Positions 1 through 12,701 of a DNA stretch of 64,000 nucleotides are shown piece by piece. The notes under the pieces were generated by a model that saw nothing but the letters and a program-made list of their open reading frames with translations, made no database searches and was not told the DNA's origin. The DNA lies in assembly GCA_965153355.1 (NCBI GenBank), contig OZ231126.1, positions 10,478,001-10,542,000 of the forward strand. The letters are read 5' to 3'. A program made the position numbers and the translations under genes. This DNA comes from Flaccisagitta enflata. Its lineage: Eukaryota. Each line of letters opens with the position of its first letter. Position 1 is the first letter of the stretch.

Positions 1-1185
1 TTCCCACGCAACTACACGAGTGTACACATCAATAGAAAAGTTAGTTCTTCACAGTTGTAGTATCAAAACATTCCCAAGGTAATGTATGTAAACAATACAT
101 TAGATACAAATGGCAAATATAACGATACGAAACCATGACGCTTCATTTTTGAAAATTCAAGATTCGTAATAAGCGACTTGAATATATGCGTACACGTATC
201 TCTATGAGAGGCGTTGGTCCGTCCGCAATGCTAGTTTAAAGCATCGTTACCAGTAATGGCGGCTGTCGCCGTGAGGAAAAAAGTCGTAAGCATTGGTCAC
301 TTTTCATTAAGCTTTTGTCTTTAGTTACTGCAAATCTTTTTTTTTTATTAGATCAAATCAAGCGCAATCGTATGTATTGAATGCACTGAAAATCAAGAGA
401 AAAATAGGACTGAGTCAAATGAGCTAGATGAGCTAAAATGCTCATAATCACTCAACCAGACAATCAACTATGCTTACTGACATGCTTTCGTGTACTTACA
501 TGCTCCCATCAAAACATTTATTTATCCCATTAAAAATCAGAAAAAAAAAGACTGAGTTAGATCTAAAATGCTTAAAAACACCCTCACAGAGGAGCATTTA
601 TGCTCACTGATATGCTTTTTCGTATCTGCTTTCTTAAACATGTATAAAAATATCTATTCATTTATCACATTTAAACTTTTTTAAAAAATGAGCTAAATGA
701 GCTAAATGAGCTAGAATCCTCCAAAACACCCTCACAGATGAGCAGCTATGCTCATAAACATGTTATCTTGTATTTGCATGCTCAAACAAACATAAATACA
801 CTTCTTTTTTGATCCTACTCAAAATCATAAAAAATCGAAAAAAATTCAATTTAAAATTTTCATAAATCTTTAAAAAGTCATAACGCGAAAAATATTTGTC
901 ATAAGAGCATTCTGCTTGGCACCAAATGAAAGAGAATTATTGAATTTACTTACCCTATCAATTTCATTGGAGGGCCCATTCGGTCGGTGGAGATTCCCAA
1001 CTTCCTCATAAGAAAATGAAAACCCTATTTCTCTCGAATATGTCAAAAAAGACTGACTTCGACTTTTTTCCCGACCATTACTAAGTTTGAACGCATGCAA
1101 GTCAATGGAAAGATATTCAGATTTACTACTCAAGGTCGCTCATGAATTGAATGAAGCAAATTTCGTTTCAGTTCCCATTTAGTTT

Positions 1186-1381
1186 TCATTTTTTCTTTCC
1201 GGTGGTTATGTTTTGAATCATGGAAATCATGGCCGCGTGTTGGCCCAGCTTATCTTCGAGTTCCGCGTTGAGCTTCTCTTTCTCAGCCAAGTTGGCCTCC
1301 TGTTTCTCAACCACAACGCGTAGGGAGGATAACTGATGCTTTTGATCCTTGTTGGCCCGCTCCAAAGCGTCCAGTTTTTTC
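1186..1381 (-). CDS. CIP2A: CIP2A last coding exon
   Basis: ttccacAG|G. Ends KLGQHAAMISMIQNITTGKKK*, resembling the CIP2A C-terminal HSHMIAMIHSLSGGK. Confidence 0.88.
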
Positions 1382-1589
1382 CTGTGGAAAAGCAACTTGT
1401 GTGTCATACATATCAGTGATATGATAACACTTATACATGGCCGCGTCTTTTATCTGAACCCATCTTAAGAGACACATTGTTAAGGTGTTTCCAGATGTGT
1501 CTTTTGTTTATAATTTAGATAACACGACACGTGTCTTAACTTTAGATGCAGATGTTTAGACTTTACATGGTTGAGGTGTCTTCAGATGA

Positions 1590-2241
1590 CACATAAACAG
1601 ACACACATAGACAGACACAGACAAACACAGACACAGACAAACACAGACAAACACAGACACAGACAAACACAGACACAGACAAACACAGACAAACACAAAC
1701 ACAGACACAGACAAACACAGCCACAGACAAACACAGCCACACAAACACACATATATACACACACACATATATACACACACACATATATACACACACACAC
1801 ACACCAAGCCCGACCGGGCAACGATTCGTCCGGGCTGTGTCTCTGCGTGTATTGAACATGTGACATAAATGGAGAGACAGACGGACAACCAGATAGATGA
1901 AACGACAAGAGTAGTAAAGGGGGTTCTCAAAACATGGTCGTCGATCATTTGATTCGGTATAGAATCTCATCGTGGCCAAAAACAGACGAGAAACGCGATT
2001 TTTGCACTTGCGTAAAAGACGGATGGACCGACGGATGGACCGACCAATGGATGGATGGACGGACCCTCTTGTAGAGATGCGTTCGCGATGGACGCATCTA
2101 AAAACACACACACAAAACACACACAAGACATGCACACACACACAGCACGCACACATACACAACACACACACATACACAACACGCACACATACACAAAACG
2201 CACACATACACAACACGCACACATACACAACACGCACACAC
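1590..2241. repeat. CA-rich micro/minisatellites flanking a HINE-like element (~1803-2103)
   Basis: (ACAGAC/ACAAAC/AC)n runs. The central element has a (GGAC)n tract and a terminal hairpin and is homologous to 17950-18240. Confidence 0.8.
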
Positions 2242-2347
2242 GCGAAAAAAAACTTAGACGGAAGGACGGACGGAGCAATTGACATTTGGAGCGACAACAT
2301 GCAGGGGTGAATATAATTGAGCGGCTTTTGATTTTATTCCCCCCCCT

Positions 2348-2960
2348 CACTATGCATCCTAGGAACCGCCAGGACGATTATTGGATTACTGTAAGTTTCT
2401 CTATCATTTTGTTTAGTTAAAAGGTGTAGGAATCAATATTCGATCATTAAAAAATATTTTATCCAACACTTTTTTAAAAAATCAAAAAATTAACAATTTT
2501 ATATCTTATTTTATATGCAGAATCAAAAAAGTAAGAAATATTTTTTAACATTTTTTTGAATTCCTGATGTAATTTCTTTTCATTTGATAGGTCGCATCGT
2601 ATATTTTCATGAAAAAATAAAATTTTCATTTTTTTCAGCTACCGTTACTAATCTTTAATGATAGCTAAGAAAATGAAAATTTTATTTTTTCATGAAAGTA
2701 TACAGTGCGACCTATCAAATGAAAGGAAATCACATCAGGAATTCAAAAATACTGTCAAAAAATATTTTTTACTTACCTAAATAATTTTGCGCTCAAAAAA
2801 AGGATGTAAAATTGTTAATTCTTAAATTTTTTCAAAAAGTGCCAGAAAAAATATTTTTTAATGATCGAATATTGATTCCTGCACCTTAAAACTGTACAAA
2901 ACAATAGAGAAACTTACAGAGGTCCAAAAATCGTCCTGGCGGTTCCTAGGATGCATAGTG
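2348..2960. mobile_element. Fold-back MITE, CAC...GTG termini, 4-bp TSD CCCT (Chapaev/CMC-like)
   Basis: CACTATGCATCCTAGGAACCGCCAGGACGATT at left, exact reverse complement at right. Almost wholly palindromic. CCCT on both flanks. Confidence 0.85.
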
Positions 2961-3276
2961 CCCTGCCTTTGATTTTCTTCCCCGCAACACATTACCTCGC
3001 GTTACAAAATTTATTATTTTCTTCCCCCCAAAGCAATAAAACAGTATGTTATAAGTTCAAATAATGTTAAAATGTGTTTTAGTAATCAGAGACTACCATT
3101 TGGGGCAACCAAAAGTGATAAATCTCCAAAAAATTTCTTTTTTCTTCTTTTTTAGCTTTTGGTTTTTCTCCTAACCTTTTGATTTTCTTCCCCCCCCCCC
3201 CGCCGGGAAGGGGGAATGCTCAACTTTATACACGCCTGACAACATGTAGAAGTCTGGTTCATCCAGCATAGAGTAC

Positions 3277-3506
3277 CTGTAAGAGTCGATGCTCTCTTCG
3301 AGTTTGGCCTTTTCCTTCTCAAGACTCTCGCATTCTTCTCCGAGTTTCGTCACTTTAGTTTCGGCGTTGGTGGCGGCGTCTTTCGCTGCACTGAGCTCGT
3401 CTTTCAGTTTTCGCGATGACGCGTCCAGGACGGCGATTTGTTCAGATTGATTGTCGTTTGTCTGGCGAAGAGATTCGTTGTGCTTCTTTTGCATGTCGTT
3501 CATTTC
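3277..3506 (-). CDS. CIP2A: CIP2A coding exon 6 (coiled coil)
   Basis: aaacAG|GAA ATG AAC...; KKHNESLRQTND resembles CIP2A KKLNESLKEQNE. Donor AG|GTACTC, phase 2. Confidence 0.85.
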
Positions 3507-3660
3507 CTGTTTAAGATGAGGAAGATGAGTTGAGAAAGACAGTAGAATAAATTTTTAACTAGAATCACAAAAGTTTCCCTCTGCTAGGCGTGTAGTTTTA
3601 TTCTTTTACTATATACTGACTTGTATGTTGATTCACAGATAGCGCTGATCGTAGCATTTC

Positions 3661-4054
3661 ACAAAGGGACAATAACAGGGAGACAAATGGACAATAACAG
3701 GGAGACAAATAGACAATAACAGGGAGACGAATGGACAATAACAGGGATACAAATGGACAATAACAGGGACACAAAGTGACAAAAACAGGGACACAAATGG
3801 ACAATAACAGGGATACAAATGGACGATAACAGGGATACAAATGGACAATAACAGGGACACAAAGGGACAATAACAGGGATACAAATGGACGATAACAGGG
3901 ATACAAATGGACAATAACAGGGACACAAAGGGACAATAACAGGGACACAAATGGTCAATAACAGGGACACAAAGGGAAAATAACAGGGACACAAAGGGAC
4001 AATAACAGGGACACAAAGGTACAATAACTGGGACACAAGGGACAATAACAGGGA
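3661..4054. repeat. ~22-bp minisatellite (GGACAATAACAGGGAYACAAAK)n
   Basis: About 18 directly visible tandem copies in a CIP2A intron. Confidence 0.95.
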
Positions 4055-4127
4055 CTTGCAAACGACATAACTTGCAAACACGTCAGATGCACTCATCAGT
4101 TATAACGAACGCGAAAGATTTCTATAC

Positions 4128-4282
4128 CGTCAAAGATTTGTTCTCTTGACGCAGCTTCTGATTGTTTTTCACCGATTCTTCCAATTTCTCAATCGTGACA
4201 GCATTTTCGGCCTGTAGAGTTTTGTACGATTCCGCCGTCGCCGTCAATTTAATCCTCTCTTTCTCCAAGTTGTTAACCAGTC
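4128..4282 (-). CDS. CIP2A: CIP2A coding exon 5 (coiled coil; not in the ORF track)
   Basis: Open frame GLVNNLEKERIKLTATAESYKTLQAENAVTIEKLEESVKNNQKLRQENKSLT, bounded by taAG and GTATAG. Phases match both neighbouring exons. Confidence 0.8.
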
Positions 4283-4347
4283 CTTATTTAAAATAATACA
4301 ATTATGAAAATAGAAATGATATCAAATTGAATAATGAATTCCTTGAT

Positions 4348-4978
4348 CACTACGACGCACTGAAAATTACCATAGAATTAGCTACCCAAGCCAGCTGAAT
4401 TACAATTTTCATAACAATTATGATGAAATTTTTTGTTCGGGTGTTACCAATTAACATGTGAATAGATATATTTTGCATCAAAAAACTTTGCTAAGTCAGT
4501 TCAAGTCTTGATTCATGTATTCTATGGTCGAAAAACTGGACAAAATGCAATGAAAATTCCACTTTGTTATTGTACCATGACCCACACAGAATTCCAAATT
4601 TGCATAGAAAACTTAAATCTCAACAAAATAAGAACATAGCGCGATCCCTAACTCAATTACTGAGCGCGCTATGTTCTTGTTTCATGGAAATTTTGATTTT
4701 CTATGCAAATTTGGAATTCTGTGTGAGTTCAAAATAAATCGATGTCATTAATTTCTTCACTTTTTCTCAACTTCATGGTCGAATTTCCTTCATTCCTTCA
4801 TTCCTTTTTTCCATTCTATCATTTGGCAAGAACAGATCATTTTTCAAACATAATTAAACATACTAAAGTTTGAAAAAAATAAAGCAAACACTGATAATAC
4901 AGAAATGCTAATGCGATTGATTTGTTTGTCCAACGGGTAAATATCTCTATCTTTAGTTTCAGTGCGTCCTACCGCTTT
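4348..4978. mobile_element. Degenerate palindromic MITE
   Basis: GACGCACTGAAA / TTTCAGTGCGTC near the ends and a central ~140-bp imperfect palindrome (about 4583-4725). No clear TSD. Confidence 0.45.
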
Positions 4979-5145
4979 CACTAAAATAAAATCATGAAAC
5001 ACACATTTTAGATAGAAACCCTAGAAACTGATACGTAGATGTTCATATATATGCACACAGGGGATAAATATGCAAATATTTTCTCGCAAATCATTTTCTG
5101 TAACTATCGGACTAGCACTAAAACGGCGTTTAGTAAAACGCGTAA

Positions 5146-6351
5146 GTCGGGGTGCAAACGAAGGCAAAATTTTGGTTTCAGACTCTTTCTATAATTACAT
5201 TAATGACCAAATAATCTTTAAAATTAAATTTATAGTTTTCTAATTTAGAATTATCTTATTAGTATGAGAAAACCTAGTATCATAAAGGTATTGCTTCGTT
5301 TTACTGATAAAGACAAGAAATCACTCAAAATAATAGATTCATTCACAATGGTAGAGCAATAATTATAAACCTGTAAAGGTCGGGGTGTAAACGAAGACAA
5401 AATTTGACTTTCAGTCACAATAAATTGTTACAAATAGTTATCCTAGTTAGTGACAAGTTTTGAATTGAAAAATTTTGCACTCCTGATTTTTTTAAGAATA
5501 TAAAAAAATTATCAAAATATAAAAAGTTTTTATCATATGTTTGTAAAAACCAAAGTTGTTCAATAAAACATAAAAATTTTGAGAGGAAAAGTTCAGAAAG
5601 TTGTTGGGTAAAATTATAATTCTGCTTCTAAATGAAAAATTTTGCATTTCCAAACATATGGCCCTCATCTTTTGAGTCTTTAAAAAAACGCCATGTTTTT
5701 GAAAATTACATTTTTTGAATCTCTATGCAAAGTTATAATTTTACCCAAGACATATCAGATTGTAAAGTAAGATTTTCCTTTAAAACTTCCTTTTTTTTGG
5801 ACGTTTATCCCTATAATTCACAGTTACTTTTGACACAAAAATGGTTTCTAATGCAAAAATAGTCTAAACACAAACTAATTATCATTTTTAATTGATAAAA
5901 TGTACAAATTTACAACATTTATTAAATGGTTAAAAAAACATCTTAACTGATCAAATTTTGTCTTCAATTGCACCCCGACAAAGGGAAAATTCTGAGAGTG
6001 AAAAAAATCGAACAATTTTGCATTTCTAAGAACATGGCCTTCATTCTATATATCTTTAGAATGAGGCGATGTTTTTGAAAATGCAAAATTTTACATTTTG
6101 AGAGTCTTAGAATTTTCCCTAAAACAAGTCAAGTTGCAAAATCAATTTTCTCTTAAAATTCCTACATTTTCCCCCCCTATTTACTTTCTCAGCATTCTTT
6201 TTCTTATCTACCAATATTTTTTTATGCAAAATAGAAATAATTACAATATAATGATTACATTCTTAGATGAAAAAAATTTAAATCAAAAAAATTTAAAATA
6301 TTGAAAAAATTGGTTTGACTCATAATATTTGGTCTTCGTTTGCACCATGAC
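5146..6351. mobile_element. AT-rich non-autonomous DNA transposon remnant with subterminal inverted motifs
   Basis: GTCGGGGTGYAAACGAAG.CAAAATTT at ~5146 and ~5379, inverted copies at ~5952-5979 and ~6328-6351. True ends not defined. Confidence 0.45.
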
Positions 6352-6876
6352 GTAAACAACAATCGCATCGATGGTTGCATGGTTGAATGGCAGGATCCAT
6401 GGAGGCACTACGTTTGCTTAGCCTTAACCTTTGGGAAGCTTTTTAGTTTGCGGACACGCAAGTCTATAAGAGCCTTTGTCCGTCCGTCCATCCGTTGGTC
6501 CGTCCGTGAGCGCGAGTCGAAAAGTATGAAATGCGCATTTCTGTCCCTTCACACCCGTCCGGAACTGGTATTGGCCGTGTATCCGGCCTTGTTCTTGGAG
6601 AATTCCCTTTGCATTAGAGATCTCGAATGATCATCACAAATTCAGACAATAACAGTACAGTGTACAAGGCCATAATACTGAAGATATGTATAACGCAAAG
6701 AATATTATTTTAGACTACTGGCGTGGAGAAAACAAATGACTGCAATATGCAAATGAAAATTCAATTCAACGTTGAAGGAATTAAAGATGTAAGGGAGGGG
6801 GGGGGACCTTTCTAGGTTTTAACGTCCACGTCAAAATAAATTCTAATTATGGACAGTGCTCAGCGCTCACTCGTAC

Positions 6877-7066
6877 CTTGAAGGCGCTCTGAGTCGAGTC
6901 GCGCTGTATTAAGCAAATCGCGCGATTTCTCTGCTTCTTTCTCCGATTGGTGCAGGAGAGCGCGCAGTCGCGACATCTCCACTTCCGATTCAGCTTTACG
7001 GCAACGATATTGAGCGATGAGGCGATCCGCCTGAGCCAACGCCAAAGCCTTCGCATCCAACAAATC
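6877..7066 (-). CDS. CIP2A: CIP2A coding exon 4 (start of coiled coil)
   Basis: DLLDAKALALAQADRLIAQYRC is near-identical to the conserved CIP2A signature. Acceptor ctcaAG, donor CAAG|GTACGA (alternative GTGAGC 6 nt further). Confidence 0.93.
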
Positions 7067-7137
7067 CTTGAGGAATATCAAGGGAACAGGGGGAGGAGAG
7101 AGTAAACATTAGGAAAGACGGCGGATGTATGGAGAGT

Positions 7138-7556
7138 TTGGGTGCTTCACATAGCAAAAGTTTGGAGTATACCTTCACCTCACTTAAATAGTACGGAGGA
7201 GCAAAAATCAAAAAGATGACATTTTTTTTTTAAATTCCTTCATCTTCCGTTTTTGTTTTGATGTAAAAGTTTCCACAGAAATCCCAGAAATCAGCAAATT
7301 CCTGTACATATAGTTTTGTAACTAAAACGATACGCATAAAGAGAAGAAACAAGTAATAGTTAATTCAAATATTGAAATCCTATTGATTTATCCCACTGCA
7401 ATATGCAAAAAAGGTCCTCAAAATAAAATTTCAAAAAAATGGAAGATGAATGATTTTTGAAAAAAGAAAAATAGTAAGGGTCCTAAAATTGGCCATTCTA
7501 TATTAGGTAAAGAGGGTGAAAAGAAATAACCAGCTTTTGCTATGTGAAGCACCCAA
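7138..7556. mobile_element. MITE with 9-bp TSD (Mutator/MULE-like)
   Basis: TIR TTGGGTGCTTCACATAGCAAAAG. TSD ATGGAGAGT at 7129-7137 and 7557-7565. Confidence 0.9.
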
Positions 7557-7868
7557 ATGGAGAGTAAACGGAGGATAACTGACGACTGAAATGCTATCTA
7601 AAGCTAGTAGATAAAGCGCGTTTGGATTAGTAATGAGGTTGACAATGTTATTGAAAACGTGACCGACGAAATGAATGACTAGAATTCGAGTGGATTTGAT
7701 TATGCAAGTTAAGCTATGGATGGCATCAATAGATGGCTATTAGCTGAACGAATTGTTACCAAGAGTTAAAGATGATTTATACATAAAAGGAAGAATAGAC
7801 AACAGGGACGAAGTTTGAATAATGCTCGAAAACATACAACATTGTGTTCTAAAAAAACAATAGCTAAC

Positions 7869-8488
7869 CTGTAAATGATTTTCCTTCATGGAGAGCGACT
7901 TGAACTTGTGCTCATAAACGGAGAGGATTTCCGACGTCCTCAAATCTTTCACGACATCTCCGGCATCGTCGGTCGAACTCAGCTTGGAGAGCAGACTGTC
8001 CACTTTCATTTCCGACGCGGGCGGAACCGCCGCCGCTTTGGAATTATTACCAGAGCTCGAATAACTTCGTCCATACGTCGCGAAGACATTTTCCTTGTTT
8101 TCATCCACGTGTAAAGAAGACGCGTGACGTTTGGAAGGAAAACCACTCGAGGAAGATGACGACGATGATCCTCCGTCAAAACCGTCTTCGCGTTTGCTTC
8201 TGGGGTGCCGCGGATGACTATCTTGAAGATGTGATTCTTTCTCCGCGTTGAGCGAAGCGAGTTTCAAAGCGAAGGCGTCGAATCCAAACTCGGGTTTGCC
8301 CTCCGTCGAGACGGCGCGAGACGAGGAAGAGGAGGAGGAGGAAGAGGCGACGATGGACTCGTTGAGTAAGAAAACGCTGGCGGAAACGAGGGATGCATCA
8401 GGAGAGGTTAATCCAAACGCGATAATGGCCAACGATCGATGGTCCACTAGGATGCTCGTGAGACGAGTAGCCGCGTCTTCTTCGATGC
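7869..8488 (-). CDS. CIP2A: CIP2A coding exon 3
   Basis: Acceptor ttctaacAG|GC, donor CAG|GTTAGC. Motifs IAFGLTS and DLRTSEILSVYEHKFKSLSMKENHLQ match CIP2A. Confidence 0.88.
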
Positions 8489-9269
8489 CTGTTAGAAAGG
8501 AGGATGTGATGGGAGATTTTTTTTGTAACAACTTCTCGCGCATTTGTTAGATGCGTCCTCGCCTCTCCATAATAGGCTCTGTCCGTTGGTCGGGTAACGC
8601 ATTCATTAAAAACATCAAAGTCATTCATTTTTTTAAGAGAAAAATGGTCCTGATCCAATGAAAGTAGCATACATCTATTAATTCATTCAATAAATCATTT
8701 ATTCATTCATAAGTGATATTCATTCATAAAAACATTCATTCATAAAAACATTCATTCAAAGGGGACGCATTGTTGGCCTTCTTGGCCTTGTTAATTGAGA
8801 TTTTGATCATTAGCTTTATTTTTTCCGCAAAAAAAAAAACACAAAAAAGAAACACACAATGGGGCAAAGGGAGAGAAACAAAAACAACCAATCAGGCAGC
8901 GTACAAACAAGCTACATACAAAGACATATACATAGATACATTCTCTCATTAATAGGTAAAACAAAACATTTCATAAAACATGACGCGCAAGCGCGAACCA
9001 TCAGACTAATACAGAAATCAACCACACCTAAACAAACAAACATTTAAAATTATCTATACAGAAACAATTGGCGAATAAACAAGCAAATGGCTAAAAAGAA
9101 GCAATACTCTATACTTGGCGTAAGTCAACATAGCAAAAAAAACACAAACAAAAAAAAGCACAAATGAATGTCGGTAATGAGTTGTTGAATATCTAATCCA
9201 AGATAACATATCATTCTGGTGAATGTAAATGTAATTCGCACAACAGGCACTTACAAATCAGCTGCTTAC

Positions 9270-10965
9270 CTTTGATTTTATGCGCCATAGTCAGAAATTT
9301 CAAGGCTTGGATGACGACAGCAAACGAGGCATCCTGCCAGGAAGCCGGTTCTGACCGTACACCGACGACATCGCCGCCGCTGTAACGATGCCGCAAAAGC
9401 GTCTCGACGGTGACAACAGGGACGTCGATGTCCAGAGCCGATTTGAAGCTGCGAACGGCGTCGCGGAAGTGAATGACGGAGGCCAACAGTCGATACACCG
9501 ACGCGGCGAGGATGAGAAGGCTCTCCACGGGCGCTTCCGCTTTGGACGACGCCGCCGATGATGTCGCCGTAGTGGCTGCGGCGCCGGCGTTGGAGGCGTG
9601 TGCGGAGATGGAGGGCGAAAGCGACGACTGCGTGCTGACGCCATCTAACGGCCGTTGCTCGCTCAATAAGCCGAGTACGCGTCCACAAGCGGGGATCACT
9701 TTCTCCGTGAACAGAGTCGCCGTCGAAGTGGAGCTGGAATTGATGGCTCGCATTCGTTCCAGGACTTGAACGGCGGCGACGGCGGTGGTCAAGGAAGAAC
9801 GCGTCATTAATTTCGGTCCCGCTTCCAAAATGGAGACGAGCGTCGAGAAAAATGGCGGCGTGATAGAGGCCCCGGAATCGACAGACGATCGACGTCGACG
9901 TTGACGCGCCGTAAGCCGCCGCCGCCAACGTCGATTTCAGCTCGTCAAATTCGCACAAAAGACAAATTAGTTGTAAGAATTTAGTCAAGATGCTGAAGCC
10001 CACTTCCTTCAGCGCTTTTCGACGCGAATGCACGTGGACGAGCAAATCGAAAAATCCGCGACAAAACGCGTCGCGATGATCGTACGACAGAAAGCAGTTG
10101 GCGTAGGCCGGGACGCGCAGCAGAGTGTGTAGCAAGTCCACGCCATAGGACTGCGCGAATAAAGACGATGATGATGATGAACTGTCTGAGGAGGAGGAAC
10201 CCGACGAAGATGATGATGAAGAAGACGCCTTCTGCATGCAGTTGAGGACGAGTTGGAATGTTTGGCGGATGTTGGATTGACTGAAGAGCTTCTCCGCCAG
10301 TCTGGCTTCGTTGTTGTTATTGTTGCTTCCGACGTCGGAAGAGGGCGTCAAAGTCGAGCCTCCACCGTTGACGCTCAAATAGAGATTGGCAAAGACGGAC
10401 TTGGCGCATATCACCACCGCGGTATCGTCCTTTCGGGATAAACAGGCGATGAGTCGCTTATAAAAGGCTTTTATGTTGATGTGATTGCGAAGTAAGGATT
10501 GAACGAATGGATTGTTTTTGGACAGATTGACCAGCAGAGCGAGAGAAGGAAGAAGAAGCGCGTCTGTCGGCGTTGATGCCGAAGGGGATGTGTCGCCGCC
10601 GCTGCCGCCGTCATTCAGCAGCACCGTCACGAGCAATCCGACGAGGAATTCCAGATGCCGATGCGATTCGTCGCGCGTGTCGAGACCGAAGGTGATGCGC
10701 TGAAGGAGCGTCACGCAACGGATCGTCGACTCGTCCTTGGAAAGCGGCGTCCCAGCCGCGTCGTGCCGCTGCAGGAACGTCGAGAGTGAAGCGAGAAAGT
10801 CAAAGTGGGTCCTCAAGGCGACGCGCAGTTCGTCGTCGCGGACGAGTAATTCCAGAAACTGCAACAGACGCGTCGCGAGGGAGGCTCGAACGCGGACGTC
10901 CGACGCGAAGAGGGACGAGATGTTGGACAGACATTCCACGCCGAGCATAGATCGAGGGTCCAGCA
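9270..10965 (-). CDS. CIP2A: CIP2A coding exon 2 (ARM-repeat region); contains an apparent +1 frameshift near 9889
   Basis: Acceptor tttttatcAG|TG. CIP2A-like motifs ECLS, LLQRITF, LALLVNL..N.FVQ, KAFYKRLI, EKLFSQSNIRQTFQL, YGVDLL. The 3' part reads in the 9211..9828 frame up to donor AAAG|GTAAGC. Confidence 0.85.
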
Positions 10966-11576
10966 CTGATAAAAAGTGAAATAAATAGAGAGCGTATTAA
11001 TTTTTGATTAGGAAATCTAGAAATGAAAAGAACAAGGCCGGATACACGGCAATACAGTCGCGGACGGTTGGGCAGGAGCAGTGATGCTAAAACCGATCGC
11101 AATTCAAAAATATTTCGGACGGACGGACGGACCGACGGACCGACCGACACGGCAAGGTGTAGAGTCGCGTGTCCGCGACTAAAAACGAGGGTCAAGCAGG
11201 ATTTTATCAAGTGACGCGCGGTCACAATATAGTTGCGGACGGGTGGGCAGGGGCATCCAACCCCCAGCCTCACCCCAACCACACCCCCAACACACTCACA
11301 CACACAAAAAAAAACCAACTGCAGCATCCTAAATACGCGTTTTTCGCGTTTTCAACTCGAGCGTGATAACTCGAGTGTGACGGACCGACGAACCAACGGA
11401 CCGAAGGACCGACGGACATACAAAGCCAAAGTGTCCGCAACTAAAACCGAGAAGCTAGAAGAAAGACAAACTTGAAGAAGAAAAGACATGAGGATAGAGA
11501 AACATGGCGAGAGAAAGACGAAAGTAAGGGAGGAAAGGCAGAGGAGACAAAGCAAAATGTTTGGCGGTCCAGTCAC

Positions 11577-11727
11577 CTTTGAATACAGCTCCAGATGAAT
11601 CCCGGGAAACGACACCATTGACAGCGTCCAAATTTCGTTGTAACTTGGTCAAATTTGCCTCAGAGGGTTGACTCCGAAATTCCTGAGTCGCAACGACTAC
11701 GTCCCGAACCGACGCCGAAATCTCCAT
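11577..11727 (-). CDS. CIP2A: CIP2A coding exon 1 (MEISASVRDVVVATQEFRSQPSEANLTKLQRNL...)
   Basis: Resembles the CIP2A N-terminus (SEANxTxLxRxL). ATG at 11727 just after acceptor ttctcatgcAG, which implies an upstream non-coding exon. Donor AAAG|GTGACT, phase 1. Confidence 0.85.
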
Positions 11728-11762
11728 TGCCTGCATGAGAAAAGAAGAAACTCATAAGGAGC

Positions 11763-12250
11763 TTTTTTAGATGCGTCCTCGCATCTCTATAATAGGCTGT
11801 GTCCCTCGGTTGGTCTGTCGGTTGGTAACGCATTCATTAAAAACATCAAAATCATGCATTTTTTCAACAGAAAAGTAGTTCTGACCCATTCATAAATGAC
11901 ATTCAGTCATAAAAAACATTCATTCATAAAAAACATTCAGTCATAAAAAAAATTCATTCATAAAAAACATTCATTCATAAAAAACATTCATTCATAAAAA
12001 ACATTCATTCATAAAAAACATTCATTCATAAAAAACATTCATTCATAAAAAACATTCATTCATAAAAAACATTCATTCATAAAAAACATTCATTCATAAA
12101 AAAACATCTATTCATAAAAAACATTCATTCATAAAAAACATTCATTTGTAAAAATCATTCATTCATAAAAAACATTCATTCATAAAAAACATTCATGCAT
12201 AAAAAACATTCATTCAAAGAGGACGCATCGTTGGCCTACTTGGCCTTGTT
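11763..12250 (+). mobile_element. DINE-1/HINE-like non-autonomous Helentron with expanded central 17-bp repeat (ATTCATTCATAAAAAAC)n
   Basis: 5' T-run and hairpin AGATGCGTCCTCGCATCT, GTCY-type microsatellite, central repeats, 3' GGCC..GGCC hairpin and TTGTT end. Relatives at 8547-8792 and 15545-15821. Confidence 0.7.
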
Positions 12251-12701
12251 ATATCAGATCAAAAGGTTTCCGACATGCCGCAAGAGGTGAGATAATGACA
12301 AACAGTATGCCGTATACAGTAATCGTATTCGTAACCGTCGTTTTCAATGGTCTGAGCGTGAGCGATATAGTATAGAAAACAAGATTTTCACGATAAAATA
12401 AAACCACTGATAGCAAGAAGAGGAGTTTTTTTTAAAAGAAAGTGATTTTTTTTCAATCTTTTCGATAAGATATAAATCGTTATCACAGTGAGAAAACAGA
12501 ACAGTTTTTTCTAGAACAGAGATAAGAAAACAATTTTTCTGCAAAACAGGAAGAGAACAGGCATTTTAATCAATAGGCGAAAACTGCAAATGCGATTAAA
12601 GAAATATAAGAAAACAACAATTAAAATTTTAAAAGGCAGGTACGACTGCAGTTTAGCCTAAACGACGTTGTCACGAACGCCAGCGAGTTATTACTTCAAA
12701 C

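Noticed and set aside
1556-2350. Cys/Val- and His/Thr-rich ORFs
   Set aside because: Translations of CA microsatellites in an intron.
3598-4096. Three overlapping repetitive ORFs
   Set aside because: Translations of a 22-bp minisatellite.
9278-9880. Arg-rich C-terminal part of the 562-aa ORF
   Set aside because: Out-of-frame read past the frameshift; the splice phase fits the other frame.
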